From the human T2T-CHM13v2.0 reference genome, Homo sapiens, in NCBI RefSeq assembly GCF_009914755.1, contig NC_060935.1: a DNA stretch of 64,000 nt, one strand, 5' to 3'. The notes below the pieces were generated by a model. It was not told the origin of the DNA, made no database searches, and saw nothing but the letters and a program-made list of their open reading frames with translations. Made by a program: the position numbers and the translations under genes. Below, piece by piece: positions 15,690 to 29,349 of this stretch (position 1 is its first letter; every line of letters starts with the position of its first letter).

Positions 15690-17830
15690 TTGATTCATTC
15701 ATTCAACAACATTTAATGAGCTCCTAAAATGTGCTAGGCACTGTTCTAGGTGGAAATATACGTTGGTGAACAAGAAAGACAAAATTCCTATTCTTGTGGA
15801 GCTTGCATTATATTGTGTGTGTGGGGGGGACAGAACGAATAAGTAAACATATAAATCATATTATTTTAGACAATAACAAGCACTCTAAAAAATAAAGCAG
15901 GGTAAGGAGGCAGAGAATGTTGGGAGTAAAGTGAGAAGCTTCTTTAGGCAAGGTCTCCTCAAAGAGCTGACATTGAGACGAGATTTGAGTCAGTGAAAAG
16001 TGAACCTTCCAGGTAGAGGGGACAGCAAGTGCAAAGATCATGAGGATGGTATGAACTTGGAATGTTTAAGGAACAAGAAACACTGGAGTGAGTTAGGGGG
16101 AGAATGGGGAGAGAGGGACCTGGGAGGAGAAGCAGGGGTGATATAAGATGTTTGGATTTTACTAAAATATGATGGAAAACTCCAGGAGGAGTTTTGAGCA
16201 AGGGAGTGTGATATGATACATGTTACAAAACACAGACTATGACTGCTGAAGGTGGAGGTGACTGAATTATACGGGGCAAGAATGGAGGCAGAGAGAAGCA
16301 TTGAGAGTCTATAGGTGTAGGCTATGGGAGAGATAATGATGGGTTGGAGGAAGGTGGGAGGAGACCTGGTGAGAAGAGAAATTTGACTGGGGATTTTTCT
16401 TTAAGGTATACTGACAGGGCTTGATGCCTTGTGTGTGGGGGCTAAGGGCAAGCAAGTCAAGGATGACCCTGGGTTATGTAGCTGGAGCACTTGGTGAAGG
16501 CTCATGCCATGTCCGTAGAAGTCAGCAGTGGAAATTTAAGACAAGGGAAAAGTCAAAAGTCCTTAGTTGGCCATATTACAATTTTTTGTCATGATCATTA
16601 AAGTATTTTAAAAAACAGCTTGAGATATAATTCACATACCATACAATCCACCCATTTAAAGTATACAATTCAATGGTTTTTACTATATTGTGAATATATG
16701 TGAGAGTTTTACATCCATCACCACAATCAAATTTAGAGCCTTTTCATTACCTCAAAAATAGCCCCTACACTTTTGAGCCATTACCCCCTAATCCTACCTC
16801 CCTGGCCCCAAGCCCTAGACAACCACTAATCAGATGTTTTGTCTCTATATATTTGCCTCCTGACTTTTCATAGAAATGAAATTGTATAATATATGGTCCC
16901 TTGTGACAGGCTTTTTTTCACTTAGTGTGAGGTTTTCAAGGTCAATGTTGTAGTATGTGTCAATGCTTCATGTCTTTTTATTGCTGAATAATATTCCATT
17001 ATATAGGCATACCACATTTTATTTATCCACTTATTTGTCAATGGACATTTAGGTTGTTCCTACCTTTTGGCTATTTTGAATAATGCTCTAAACATTTATG
17101 TACAAGTTAGTATATGGACATATGTTTTCATTTACCTTGTGTGGATATTAGGGATAGAGTTGCTGTACAGCAACTCTATGTTTAACTGTTTAAAGAACAC
17201 TTTACATTCTAACTAGCAGTATATGAGTTCCAATTTCTCCACATCCTCACCAACATTTATTATCTATTTTATTCTAGCCGTCCTAGTGGATGTGAAGTGA
17301 TATCTCACTGTAGTTTTGACTTGCATTTCCCAGATGGCTAATGATGTCGAACATCTTCTCATGTCTTTATTGGCCGCTTGTATATATACTTTGGAGTAAT
17401 ATCTATTCAGATCTTTTGCCTATTTGCAAATTGGACCTTTTATTGTCTTGTATTATCTAGTTGTAATAGTTTTTTAGTAGATACAAGTTCCAATCAGATA
17501 TGTCTTGCAAAGATACTTTTCCATCGGTTGTTTTTTTTACTTCATTGATGGTGTACTTTGAAGTGCAAATGTTTTTAATTTTGATGATGTGGCCATATTA
17601 TATTCAAGATGTCTAATAGGTAGTTAGAGATGTAGGCCTGGGGTTCAAAATAGAGGCTGGGGATAGAGATGCATATTTGAGAGTCATCCCTGCACAGATA
17701 TTTAAATCCATGAGGTGGGATGAGCTTAATAGGGAGGGAGTGTGGCGGGAAGGGAAGGGTTGAGGAGTGAGTCCTGGGGCTCTCCAACATTTAGAGGTCA
17801 GGAAGAAGAGGCAGAGGGATAATCAAAGAC
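15690..17830 (-). mobile_element. L2 element split by an L1MB insertion
   Basis: ttcattcattcaacaacatttaatgagc L2 3' end; L2 body resumes at about 17590. Confidence 0.65.
16605..17590 (-). mobile_element. L1MB-type 3' fragment
   Basis: gagatataattcacataccatacaatccacccatttaaagtatacaattcaatgg. Confidence 0.75.
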
Positions 17831-19611
17831 AACTACTGGCTCCTGAAGAACCCATGGAGGTAGGCCATCCTGAAGGGGAGGGTGGACTTGGGATCTGGCA
17901 TCAGGTAAGATGTTTCAGTGTGGCTTCCACCGAACACAGGTCTCACTGTAACATTCCACCACCAAGTACATACATAGCCATGTGTCCCTTCATTGTCACT
18001 AGAGAAACTTGCTGGGCCCATTCTATGAAGGTCACCTTAGCTTAACAGACCTACACACTCAAAATCCCCACTCAAGGGTTGCACTTATAGGAGGAGATTG
18101 CAGTACTTAGTTATCTAGAAAAGATTTATGACCTTGTTGAGATTAACTCTTGTTACTGTTAATGGATGTTATGCTGCAAAGCTATGACAGAACATATGTC
18201 TTGCTTTATTTTTTAATGGAACAAGCTAAAAGTCCCATCCCACAGGACCAGCTAATTACACAGAGACTTTAAAGATAGAGAGCTCTGAAGATCTTACCCA
18301 GACCACCTTTTCCCCTTGCTGGGGTCACTGTACTTTTAAGGATTCTGGGCTTTCTGAAATCAATAAAAGGGCCTTGGAAACAACAGTCCAAAGCAACTCA
18401 AGGCTGTTCCTGCTGAGGTGTACTTAAAGACTGCAGAGGAGAGACAGGAAATGGCTCTTATAATACAACATGGTGTATGGTGTCCTTGTCCACAAGGCCC
18501 AACAAGACTTGGGAAATCCTATTCTCTTCAAGATGTGTGATTTTAATGTTAGCTTTAAATGCAACACGCTCCGGGTGGAAGGAAAAACACGTGGACTCTG
18601 TTAGTGAAAATACAGAGTCAAGGCAGACAGATTTCCTTGGGGTCTTAGCCGAATCTGAGTTGGAGTCAGCTGACATCAGTTTACCTCTTAATCATTCAGC
18701 TCAGCTTCTGGATTGTGCAGTAGACTTCTTGAGCTGGAATTTACCTGCTTGTTCACTTTCTTTTTCATCTGCCAAAGGACCACAACATAAAGGGCCAAAT
18801 GGGACAGTGGCTTGCACACAGAAATATCCAGAAAAATAGGGCAGAGACCAGAAGAGCATGCTAGTAAAGCCTTCTCTCTTAATAAGCTGCGCTGATTTGG
18901 TGAACTTCACTGGGGCTCCTGGGGTCAAAGTTGTGTAGGGGTTAAGGATATAGGAAGTGAAAGTGGGTGCAAGTGAGAAGGGCACGTTCTTATTAGTGAA
19001 GAGGATTCTGAAACGTTGGAATTGGTTTCCAGGAAACGAGGGACGGCTGTTCTGAGGTTTCCTTGGACTCCTCTGGGATCCCTGTTGTGAATATCAAAGG
19101 AGTACTGCTGGTGAGGGGGAGCGGGGGCTTCAGAGAGAGTGGGAAGACTGAGCAAGCTAAGTGGAGTTCATTTGGTATAAATCAGAGGCTGTCATTTCAG
19201 ATTTCATGACTCTACATATCCAGTTATAAATAACATTCCTAGGTGTTAGTAGGACAAATAGGAAGTGGGACAGAAGTCTCAAATTTGGGGGATCTTCATA
19301 GGGAAGGTCAGGTCCTGAAAGGGTCGCATAGAGGGGAGAGGACCCATTCTCTTCTTGCCGGCAAGTAGAAAACAAAGCCCAGCCCAGCTTTTCTCTCCAG
19401 AGAATGTTGTGGTGGGAGAGGGAAAAGAAGGTGGAGGTCCCGGAGGAATTGCACATGGGGCCAAAATGTGACTATGAAAGAAGAGTGGGCTTTTGATAAT
19501 ACCATTAAGAAAATCACGCAAGAAAGAAAAAAAGATGGTTAGGAATTACCCCTATGTGGCAGCATCTGCCCTGCAGAATGAGAAGGTTTGCAAATAGACT
19601 TCCCAAACCCC

Positions 19612-19618
19612 AACCACA
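19612..19618 (+). promoter_or_regulatory. RUNX/OSE2 motif AACCACA upstream of NELL1
   Basis: Exact motif; also GACCACA at 18778 and TGTGGT at 19408; NELL1 is an established RUNX2 target. Confidence 0.5.
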
Positions 19619-19799
19619 GCTCGCTCCGCCTCGAGGACCCCTTTTCTGCACCCCCACCTCAGCGCCCTCTTCCTGCACCCACAAAGAGAGTACTCAGTCA
19701 TAGGGGTTCAACAGGAGAGAGGAGACAGAAGGTACAGGCGGTGAGCAGGGACTCAGCCATCATCCCCCTCAGGTCCCTCCCCACCCAGTTGACAGAGCG

Positions 19800-21320
19800 A
19801 ATCCCGAGTAATTGTTTTCCGAGGGGGTCCGTGCGCGCTCGGTGGCGCCGCCTCGGTCTGGGTTCCCCCGAGGAAAAATACCCACCCGCGAGGGCTCGGC
19901 GGCTTTTCGACTCGGCGGGGATGAACTGTGGCAACTTCGGCAGCCCCCACCGCGGTGCGGAAGTAAAGAGGGCAACATTGGCGACTGCGGCTCGGAGGGG
20001 CTGGAGCGCGTGAAGCCGTGGGGGCGCCGTGCGCCTCCCGCTCTCTCGTTTCGGCCGCAGGTCCTGGGACTCCGACTTCGGTGCTCCGGGTGATAGCGGC
20101 TGCGGCGCCTGCAGTCCAGATCCTCGCAGTTCTGCGGGCGAAGGAGGCGAACGGAATCGGCCCCCAGTGGGGAGCGCAACAAGCCACAGTAGCCAAACCC
20201 CGCGCTCCTGCCCGGGCTCCCAGACGAACGCAGCAGCAGCGGGGGGCCGGGCCCCGAGCCCCACGCCGCCGCCGCCGCGCCAGCGGTGGGGGGCGGGCTG
20301 GGGGCGGGGCGGCCGGGGCTGCCTTCCCGGGCGCATATGCGAGCGCAGCACCCGGCGCTGCCGAGCCACCTCCCCCGCCGCCCGCTAGCAAGTTTGGCGG
20401 CTCCAAGCCAGGCGCGCCTCAGGATCCAGGCTCATTTGCTTCCACCTAGCTTCGGTGCCCCCTGCTAGGCGGGGACCCTCGAGAGCGATGCCGATGGATT
20501 TGATTTTAGTTGTGTGGTTCTGTGTGTGCACTGCCAGGACAGGTAAGCATGACTGTGGCGGTTAGAGGGATCCGGGAAATGGGGGTGCCCACAGACCACG
20601 GCGGCGTGGGGAGACCTGGAGCCGAGCTTTGCGCTGGTCTGGGGAACGGCGGTAGCGTGGACCGGTTCCTGGGATCTCTTTGCCCTGCTCGGAGTGACAG
20701 GGTGAAAATAGGGACTCACGGGCTTGAAGATGTCCCCGTTGAGTGCCCCTTCTCAGGGGACCCGGCCTCAGGGGCGCAGGAGTGAGGGGCGCGGCCGAGT
20801 GGGCGCACCCTCTTGCTGCTAGTAACCGGCTTTCCGTCCCAGGGAGTCGAAACCCGCAGCAGGGCGGGCCCGCGTGCCCCGAGTTCCCGAACTTGTAAGG
20901 TGCTGTGGAAACCACTCTCGCCGACCCCCGCCAGGCTGGGAAGGGGTAGCTGCGGGAGTCGCACCCGCAGAGGGAGCGCTTCCGGCTGGCGGGCGCGGCC
21001 GGGGCCCGGGAGGGCGCGGTGCGGCGAGGGCAGAGAGCTGCGGGAGAACCCTGGGATCCCGCGATCTCCTCCTGTGCCTTCCTGACTACCCAGGAGAACT
21101 CCAGGAGTATTCTCCTCCGCCTGTCTTTGCTCCCAAGGGCTGGGCGAACAATTATCTGAGGGAAATAGAGCAGTGGAGACAATCTGGGGAAATTTTCTCA
21201 AGCTCAAACCAGTTTTCTCTTGCCATAATCGCAGGGTTCCGTGTGGGGAGGGGGAGCAAGGATGACGCTTGATTGTCTGAAGTCCCCACTTCGTTCTGCC
21301 TCCGGAGACGCAGTTGTGAG
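19800..21320. promoter_or_regulatory. NELL1: NELL1 CpG-island promoter with GC boxes
   Basis: Very high GC and CpG density; GGGCGG boxes at about 20290-20312; spans exon 1. Confidence 0.92.
20488..20542 (+). CDS. NELL1: NELL1 exon 1 coding part (signal peptide)
   Basis: ATG at 20488; MPMDLILVVWFCVCTART plus 1 nt; CAG|gtaagc donor, phase 1. Confidence 0.97.
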
Positions 21321-22379
21321 GACTCTCAGCGCATCTTCTTCCTTCTGCTTCCACCGGCTCCCTTGCCCAAAAGTCCCCTGGGGTTCGGAGACTGGCTTGC
21401 AGCCGCCTTCTTCAAAGAGCTAGTGGTAGATGCGGGGAGACTGGGGTGAGGTGAGGTGGGGTGAGATGTAGGAAATTGGCAAAAATAGGGCCTGTCAACT
21501 GGGGGGAGTGTCGGAGGTTTGCAATCCTACCCAGCCATCCTCCGTACGCGCTGCACCCCAGAATCTGTGTGGTCATTCCCTTTCCCTTTATTCTCCCCCC
21601 TTTACCATCCTTATTTCCTTCTTTAGAGGCGTGGCCTTCTCTCTAGGCCAAAGAGCAAGTTCATCTGGAGAGGGCTAAGAAGGGGCGTCTGCACTTGGTT
21701 GGCTCAAAAGTTCCCTCCGCTTGCGCCCAGGCGCCCCTCTTTGGCAGTTAGCCCGCTGGAAGATCTAGCGTCTAGGAGCTTTCAGAGGGCCCTTCCCACT
21801 TCCCCAGGACTGAGCAGGCAGCGGCTTTCGTCTGGTTAAGAATGTTGAATATGGATTTCTCAAGGGACAAAAGAAACCTCCCATTCCGTTCCTTACCTCT
21901 ATCCGAGCTTCCCAGGCTGCGGAGACGCCAAGGCTCAGTCTAGCTTAGAATAGTTGCTTCTTGAGTTCAGGCCCATCCGGATGGGTTAGTCTTTTAAAAC
22001 CAGGACACGCTGAAGGAGTGCGCGCACCCCAGGAAGATCAGGACAGGCAAGACTAGTGCAGAGCGTGGGCTACTGGCTCTGAGCGCGAGAGTCTGGTGCT
22101 CGTGGACATCTTACAGAGGAACCGCAGACAGGAAGAAGCTAGGTAGGGAGGGGGCAACCCGTTAGTGAGTTCACATCCCTAAGTGCACATCACTACGGAA
22201 TATGCCTAAATCCTTTGTTCTCATTACTCCTTTGAAAAGTCGCCAAAGTACCCTTATCACGGAATGGAACGTGTTTCAGGGTTCATTGCTTGTGGAAGGG
22301 GTCTTTAAGAACAGGTATTTTCCCTCTTTCCACTTCCAATCCCCTTTAAATCTTGTAAAAATTTCGTTGTAGGGGAAGA

Positions 22380-22750
22380 TTCATTCATGTCTTTACTCAT
22401 TCAACAAACGATGTCTTGCTGGGTGCCAGGATTTCTTATGCAAAGAGGAAATGACAGTCCTTGACTTCTAGGAACTTAAAGCTCAGCTGGGAATCTAGAT
22501 AGAAACTGGCAGGCATTTTAATTTTACAGATTGATGGGGGGGGTGGTGGAGAGGTAGGAGTATAAGTTTGTATTAAGGAAATGTGGAGGAGAGACAGTTT
22601 GAATTAATTCTAGGGAGGAGTGGTGGTCAGGGATTTGAGAGATGTACCTTCAAGGCTTTCTAGGGAGTTTTCCAGGTGGACAAAGTGGGAAGGCATTCTT
22701 GGCAGAGGGAGCAGATTCAGCAAAGGCAGGGAAGCATGGAAGGATCTGAC
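22380..22750 (-). mobile_element. L2 fragment
   Basis: ttcattcatg...cattcaacaaac; cttggcagagggagcagattcagcaaagg. Confidence 0.55.
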
Positions 22751-23614
22751 CCACTGGTTGTGGCTGTTGCCTAGGGAGCTTGGGTTCTCAATGTCACTTG
22801 GCACTATTTGAACACTAGAGGCCGCATATTTCTTCTACACACATTATCGGAAGAATCAGAGAGACGGGGGAATTACCTCTCAATTTGTACACTTAAAGTA
22901 TCTTGTAGCTTGAGAGGGTATAAGCGGTAGCTTTCTGGAGGCAGCCCTCTGATTCTGTGCAGAAATCATTTCCACATCATCCATCCACCCTCTTCTTAGG
23001 TAACAAAGGCTGGCTTGTGATTATCAGCATCCAAACAGCTGCGTTGAAAGTTTCTTTGTCAAGTGGGACAATTGTTGTCTGGGCTGTTAACAGTCCTAGA
23101 TGAAATAAACATGTGGTTCACTTAGTGAGCTGCTCAGATATCACCGGCTTTTAATGGAACTGAGTAGATGATATCAGGCACATTTTAATTAAAGCAAGAC
23201 TGCAGTGCAGACACAGTTGCATATGAAAAGATCTAATGATAGGTGTCATGAGGAGCTGCTTAAATCTGCCTTGTTCAGAGAACTTGTTTTAGAGTGCAAA
23301 GTGGAGTCAAGACGGGAGGTGCCATTCTCCAGTTCTTGTTATTTCTGGTTGAGAAATAATTCAGAGATTTTCAGGTACATCACTAATAATGAAAATTTAG
23401 AAGGCTACAATAATAGCAGTAATAACACACTATCTCTATGAGTTTTCACCAATGCTTTGGCAGTGTGAATAATTGAAAACTCAATAATTATTCCCACATT
23501 GCTTTCCAGTTTGTTTTGGTCACCAGGGCAGAGGGTGAAGGGAGTACCTACACCTGCAAAGCCCCTACTGACCAAGTGAATGTCTTTTGCTGCCACCTGC
23601 TGGAAAGGAGAGAA

Positions 23615-23925
<311 letters not shown>

Positions 23926-25252
23926 AAGAGATTTTCTTTTGGAAGGAACTCTCAGGTGGATCATTAATTATGAATTGAATAATGGAACTGTGAACATGAG
24001 CCCCCAGCCTCCAAGGATCATGGAAAATACTGGCCAGCTTGGAACAGGCATAGAGCATATTCTTCAAGAAAATTGCTTTTGGGGTATTAAGGACCTTCGT
24101 AGGTGCCCAGGGGCCCAAACCTGATTAAGTGGTTGTGAAATTCTGTGGTTAAATGAGCTCTTGGAGCATTTTTTTAGTCTGCATGGTCCAGAGGAAAACA
24201 GCTTCCACCATGGACAATGAGCAGGAGTAAATTTAAAGTCAGCCAGACCCAGGAGGATTTGCTGGAAAGCCTATGTCTGGGACCCCAAAGGTGAACTGAG
24301 TGGGCTGTGGGCCCGAGCATTCCCTGGGTGGGGGTGAGGAGCAGCCAATAGCAGCAGTAGCAGCAGGTATCTTTGTTAGGGTGGAGTTTCTGAATCCTAG
24401 TCAGGCCTCAAGTGCCTCTGTGACATTGACATGCTGCCTTCCAGGTTTTTAAAATATTTCTTCCCCAGGAGCTTTTCATCTTGCTTAATTGTAATTCCCA
24501 ATTTTAGCCATTTGTAGAGCCGTTATGTCCAAAGTAGAGAACTTTAATTGAGTTTCCTAGGAAAGGGCAGGAGCTCCATGCTTGGACAAGAAGCAGAAAC
24601 AATACATTTTTTTTTTTTATGAGACCACACTCACACTACATAAGGTTCAAGACAGCCCATGTCAATGCTGCCTTATTAATAGGTTTTCTGATTCCCTAGG
24701 CAGTATGCAAAATGCTATCCTTTATACATCCTGCTATGGGCACGAGGCATTTTCATCCTGGTGGGGACCAATTAAAGGCAGAGAAGAAAACTATCCAGAA
24801 GCCTAATTGATTTCTCTTTTTTTGGCTCTGTTTTTATGAGGTGTTTTCATAATAAAAGCAATACACTTATCTTAAAGCCAGAGAAGCTCCTTCACTTTTG
24901 AGTTGCGGGCAGGGAGTTGGGGAGCGAATATACATGTCATATATGGATTTTACTAGCAAACCCAGCGTGAGAGGCCCTTCTAAGTCACTTGGGCATGGAT
25001 AAGGGCTGGGAGGAAAGGGGCCATCTGTACCTTTTTTATGATTCCAGTGGAATTGAGGACCAGGGAGCTGGAGTGGTCTGGAGAACTGGTCTTATTAAAG
25101 ACAGATGAAACAACCCCCAGCTGGGCACCACCTATGTGCCAGATGGAGCTGTTGAAGTGTGAATATAGTTTCCCCGAGTCCTCATGAGTCTGGTGTAACA
25201 GGTACCAGTATCTTTTTACACACGGTAACCCAAAACATGAAATTTCCTACAG

Positions 25253-25336
25253 CAGAAGATATGAAGCCACCCGTGTTATCGCTGATATGGAGAACTAGAG
25301 TTCTGAAGTCTCTGCTTCAGCAATCCCTTCAGGGAG
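25253..25336 (+). CDS. NELL1: Candidate NELL1 alternative in-frame exon (84 nt, +28 aa, GC donor)
   Basis: tttcctacag| acceptor, GAG|gcaggt donor; phase 1/1, open, encodes AEDMKPPVLSLIWRTRVLKSLLQQSLQG. Confidence 0.6.
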
Positions 25337-25465
25337 GCAGGTATTAACGTTCCTATTTTATGGATGAGGAAACTGAGGCTTGATAAATGAATGCTTTTCT
25401 TAAGGGCACAGGGTTAGTAGAGGGAAGAGACTGGACTGAAACTGGATCTCAGTTTAGTGTTGTTT
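25320..25465. mobile_element. MIR
   Basis: cctattttatggatgaggaaactgaggct core. Confidence 0.75.
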
Positions 25466-25659
25466 CCACAATACTTTCTGGATTGAGGGCACTGTGTTCT
25501 CATTTGGGGGTGGGGATTCAAGGATACCATTGGGGTGTTCTGCTAGTTCTACAGAGTTTGTTTGGGTGGTTGAAGCCTTGCCCAATTAATTGCAGGGCTC
25601 TTAGTCTGGGAGATTTGAGCGTCTTAAGGATGCCATCGTAGAAGGTCTTTAGTCCCTGC

Positions 25660-26107
25660 ATCGGTCAATATTGTCATAATAATTTTGTATAACAAATAAC
25701 CCCAAACTCAGTGGCTTAAAGCAAACCATTGATTTTGGTTCACATATCTGTAAATTGTGTTTGGGGTTGGCTTATCTAGGCTGCATTTGGCTGGGCTTGG
25801 TTTCAAACTCAGGTAGGCTGCCCGCTCCACATGTCTAGGTCTCCTTGGACCAGTGGACCAGCCGGGACATGTTCTTATCATGATGTGGAAGTAGACGAGA
25901 ACAAACCCCACTGCACAAGCATATTCAAGTCGCTGCCTGAATAATGTTACTAACATCCCAATGGCCAAAACAAGTTACATGGCTTGCCTCAAAATCAAGA
26001 GATGGGGAGGTTTACTCCCATTGTAGTGGAAGGAACTGCAAAGCCACTCAGTAAAGGCTGTGGATATGAGAGGGGTAAAGATTTAAGGCCAATGTTCAGT
26101 CAACCAC
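25660..26107 (-). mobile_element. MLT1 LTR
   Basis: taacaaataaccccaaactcagtggcttaaagcaaac; taacatcccaatggccaaaacaag. Confidence 0.6.
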
Positions 26108-26527
26108 TGTCCTTTTGGAAAGTTTCCTGGGCTTGCATGTCATCCGTCATCTCATACTATCCCCAGATATGCATATTGCTCAGAGTTCATTGCACCCAAA
26201 GTATTGATCATGCATCAACTCATTAGATAATCAGGTCTTAAGTTGAGAGCCTGCCTGCCATCTGTCCAGGCCTGTGAAAGGCACTTGGGCGACAGGGGTG
26301 CTTCCTTCTTCTTGCGTCTGGTGAAGGGCACGTTCCCCAGACCACATTCCAAATTCCTGGCCAGAGAAACACCAACTTGGAGGTCCCCTGAAATTTAATT
26401 TCTGCCCTTAAGCATAAACCTTAGAACCCTCCAATTATATCTCAGAATTAGAATAACATCCAAGCTCCTTTTGGGTCACAGGGCTTATATGATCTGGCCC
26501 TTCTCTCTCTCCCACTTTGGCCTCTCT

Positions 26528-26811
26528 TCTTTTTTCTTTTCTTTTCTTTTTTTTTGATACAGAGTTTCACTCTGGCACCCAGGCTGGAGTGCAGTGGTGC
26601 TGCAGGATCTGCTTCCTGGGTGCAGGTGATCCTCCTAATTAACTGGGACCATAGGTGTACGCCACCATGCCCGGCTAATTTTTTGATCTTTTTGTAGAGA
26701 CATGGTCTCCCTATGTTGCCCAGGCTGGCCTCAAACTCCTGAGCTCAAACAGTCCTCCTGCCTCAGCCTCCCAAAGTGTTAGAATTACAGGTGTGAGCCA
26801 CCGTGCCTGGG
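26528..26811 (-). mobile_element. AluJ inserted in an L2 fragment
   Basis: Diverged Alu with ctcctgagctcaaac and atgttgcccaggctgg; L2 tail tgaatgaatg at about 27200. Confidence 0.85.
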
Positions 26812-28695
26812 TGGCCTCATTTTCTACTTCTCTACCCCTGGCCCATTCAGTTTCTGCCATGCTAGCCTTTTTTCTGTTCTTAGGACACTCCCAGTTTGTT
26901 CCTCGTTTGCATGCACCCTTCTCTGCATGTGGAAAGCTTCCTCCCATCTTGCCTTTTCTAGTCATTCAAGTTTCAGCTTGAAAGAACCTTTTCAACCCCC
27001 CTTTCTAAAGTAGGACCCCCCCATCCAAGTTGCTTTCTATCCCATTACTCTATTTTCTTCATGGTGTTTATTGCCATCTCAGATTATCTTATTCATTTGT
27101 TTATTTTTTGCCCTCCCCCAACCTAACCCACAGGAATGCGAGCTCCATGTGTGTGCTATATAGTAAGCACTCAGTAATACCTGTTGAAAAAATTATGAAA
27201 TGAATGAATGCAGAGTGAATGGAAGGAAGACATCTTTGGGTCAACTGGAAGGGGAAAACTTAAATCTTCAGTTCAGGGGACAAGGGGAAGTCTGATAGAA
27301 ACTGAGAAGGCAGTTATAGACATTTTGTCTGCCTTGGCAATAACCGGTTTCAGCTCTAAAGAGGCCTTCCTGACCAACCGTCTGTTGACAGAAGCCTAGC
27401 AGGTCCTGTTTCCTAACAGGAAAAGAGTAAGGAAAGAGTAGATTTCCTTCTCCAAGGCTGTAGGACCAGGGGTTAAGGTGGGAGGACAGGTGAGGTGGTG
27501 ATAGCTTATGATGTCCCGGTGAACATTCACGCAGTGGGTACAAGCCCTCCAAATCTTGTCTCAGTGACTGCATTACCATCAGATGAGAGTTGACAGCTGT
27601 TGCTGATTAAAACATTTCCAACAGCACAGTCAAAATTGCACTATTGAGATGGTATGTGTAGATAGACACAGCCTTTATGAATGGCTTAAACATAGCCCCT
27701 TAGAGTGATCACTAGCCTTATTAATACATATAGTTGGAAATCACTTTGCAATCATGAATGAATCATTGCTCAGAGCACCCCATGGGTGAGAGGCATCTTT
27801 AGGGATTTGTCTTTCTCAAACAAGGGAAGAGGAGGCTCACGGCTGTATTTCTCTGCATTAAGGTTCTCTAAAAAGAGTTATCAGGGTATCTGGCTTTCCA
27901 TCCAGGAATCCCCTTGGATGGAAATATATATCCATTATTCCAGGGATTCTCCTTCCTGGCCAGTCCCTCTGCCACCCTTCTTCAACAGGGACAGGGTCCT
28001 TTTCCACTTTTTTCCTCCTTAACACAGGTGATTGTGACTGATTAATTAGGGAACACTTTGTGGAGGTGTTTACTGGTGGTGGTGGGTCAGATTTTGCTAC
28101 TGCATCAGTCTCTGAGGCAGGTGGATCAGGGCCACAATCTTGTATCCGCAGTCACCACCTCTATAAAGCTTGGAAACCCAGTTTCTTCATAACTCATCTG
28201 ACAGCAAAACCTATCCTGAGTTGAACTCATTTCATGGCAAGACTTGATCTAAACTGATATCAACCTATTTATAATCTTTATTTATGCCAATTAGAGAAGT
28301 ATGTCATACTTTTTGCTTCAGAAATGTTGTACTTGATTATGGGGTTCTGAGTTAGACTTTGCTAAAAATGTTACATAAAATGTAGTATATAGGCCATATT
28401 ACCTTTCTAACACATGGCACCTTCTGAATTCTGAACTATATTTAACCCCAGGAGTTTTGGATAAGAAATTATCAATCCATAATTGGGGGTGGGGTTGGGG
28501 GAAGGAACAAAGAAACTACAGTATTAGCGGGGTAAGGGAGCAAAGATTTGCTTTTCTTTTCCCTCCATAGACAAAGACTCTCCAAGCACTCATCATTGGC
28601 TTCCTTGTATTCCCTGCCACTCCCCGACTCTGTAACCTCTGAATGCTAGTAACAGTCTGCATTTTAAGCCCAAACAACTCTTTGTTCCTTTCCAG

Positions 28696-28824
28696 TGGTG
28701 GGCTTTGGGATGGACCCTGACCTTCAGATGGATATCGTCACCGAGCTTGACCTTGTGAACACCACCCTTGGAGTTGCTCAGGTGTCTGGAATGCACAATG
28801 CCAGCAAAGCATTTTTATTTCAAG
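28696..28824 (+). CDS. NELL1: NELL1 exon 2 (start of TSPN/laminin-G region)
   Basis: ttcctttccag| acceptor, AAG|gtaaag donor; 129 nt, phase 1/1; (V)VGFGMDPDLQMDIVTELDLVNTTLGVAQVSGMHNASKAFLFQ. Confidence 0.97.
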
Positions 28825-29349
28825 GTAAAGGCACCTCCTTTCTTGCATGGTGGCAGAGGTTGGGGAGGAGGGTCTGTCTGGGGAGTGCTCATTTGTTGTG
28901 TGTTTGTCTGGAGATCGCCTTTGCTATTTCTCTTGTGTTGCTGTCTTGAGTGTTTAGATATGCAGGGGGTATTATTCTGAGGGCAGGAGGGAGGCATTAG
29001 AGATCATGGTGGTAAAATATTTGGTTTGGCAGTGAAATATTTCCTTGATTTTGGTGAGGATCTAAAGTGGGATGGATTTATAACATACTTGAAAGCCATT
29101 GACCATCTATATTATTGTTACAGGACATTTCTCTAGCTGTTATCAATATCTTTGCCTGTACTTACACCTATACCTATATTTACATCTTTCATCTAGTGGA
29201 TAGGCCATAAGAACAGAGGAAAACTTATGGCTGCATTCTCCTTGAGGTAGAGCTTACTCAGTTCTGCCCACTATAAGCGGGACCACAATTCATTAAATCA
29301 TTCAGCAAGCATTTATAGAGAAAACATGGTGTGGTTCTTAGAAGCATGG

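Noticed and set aside
19588-21354. Many overlapping 120-223 aa ORFs on both strands
   Set aside because: Stop-codon scarcity in a GC-rich CpG island; low-complexity Pro/Arg/Gly/Ala translations with no recognisable domain.
21972-21985. 14-bp perfect palindrome cccatccggatggg
   Set aside because: A few palindromes of this length are expected by chance in 64 kb; no supporting context.
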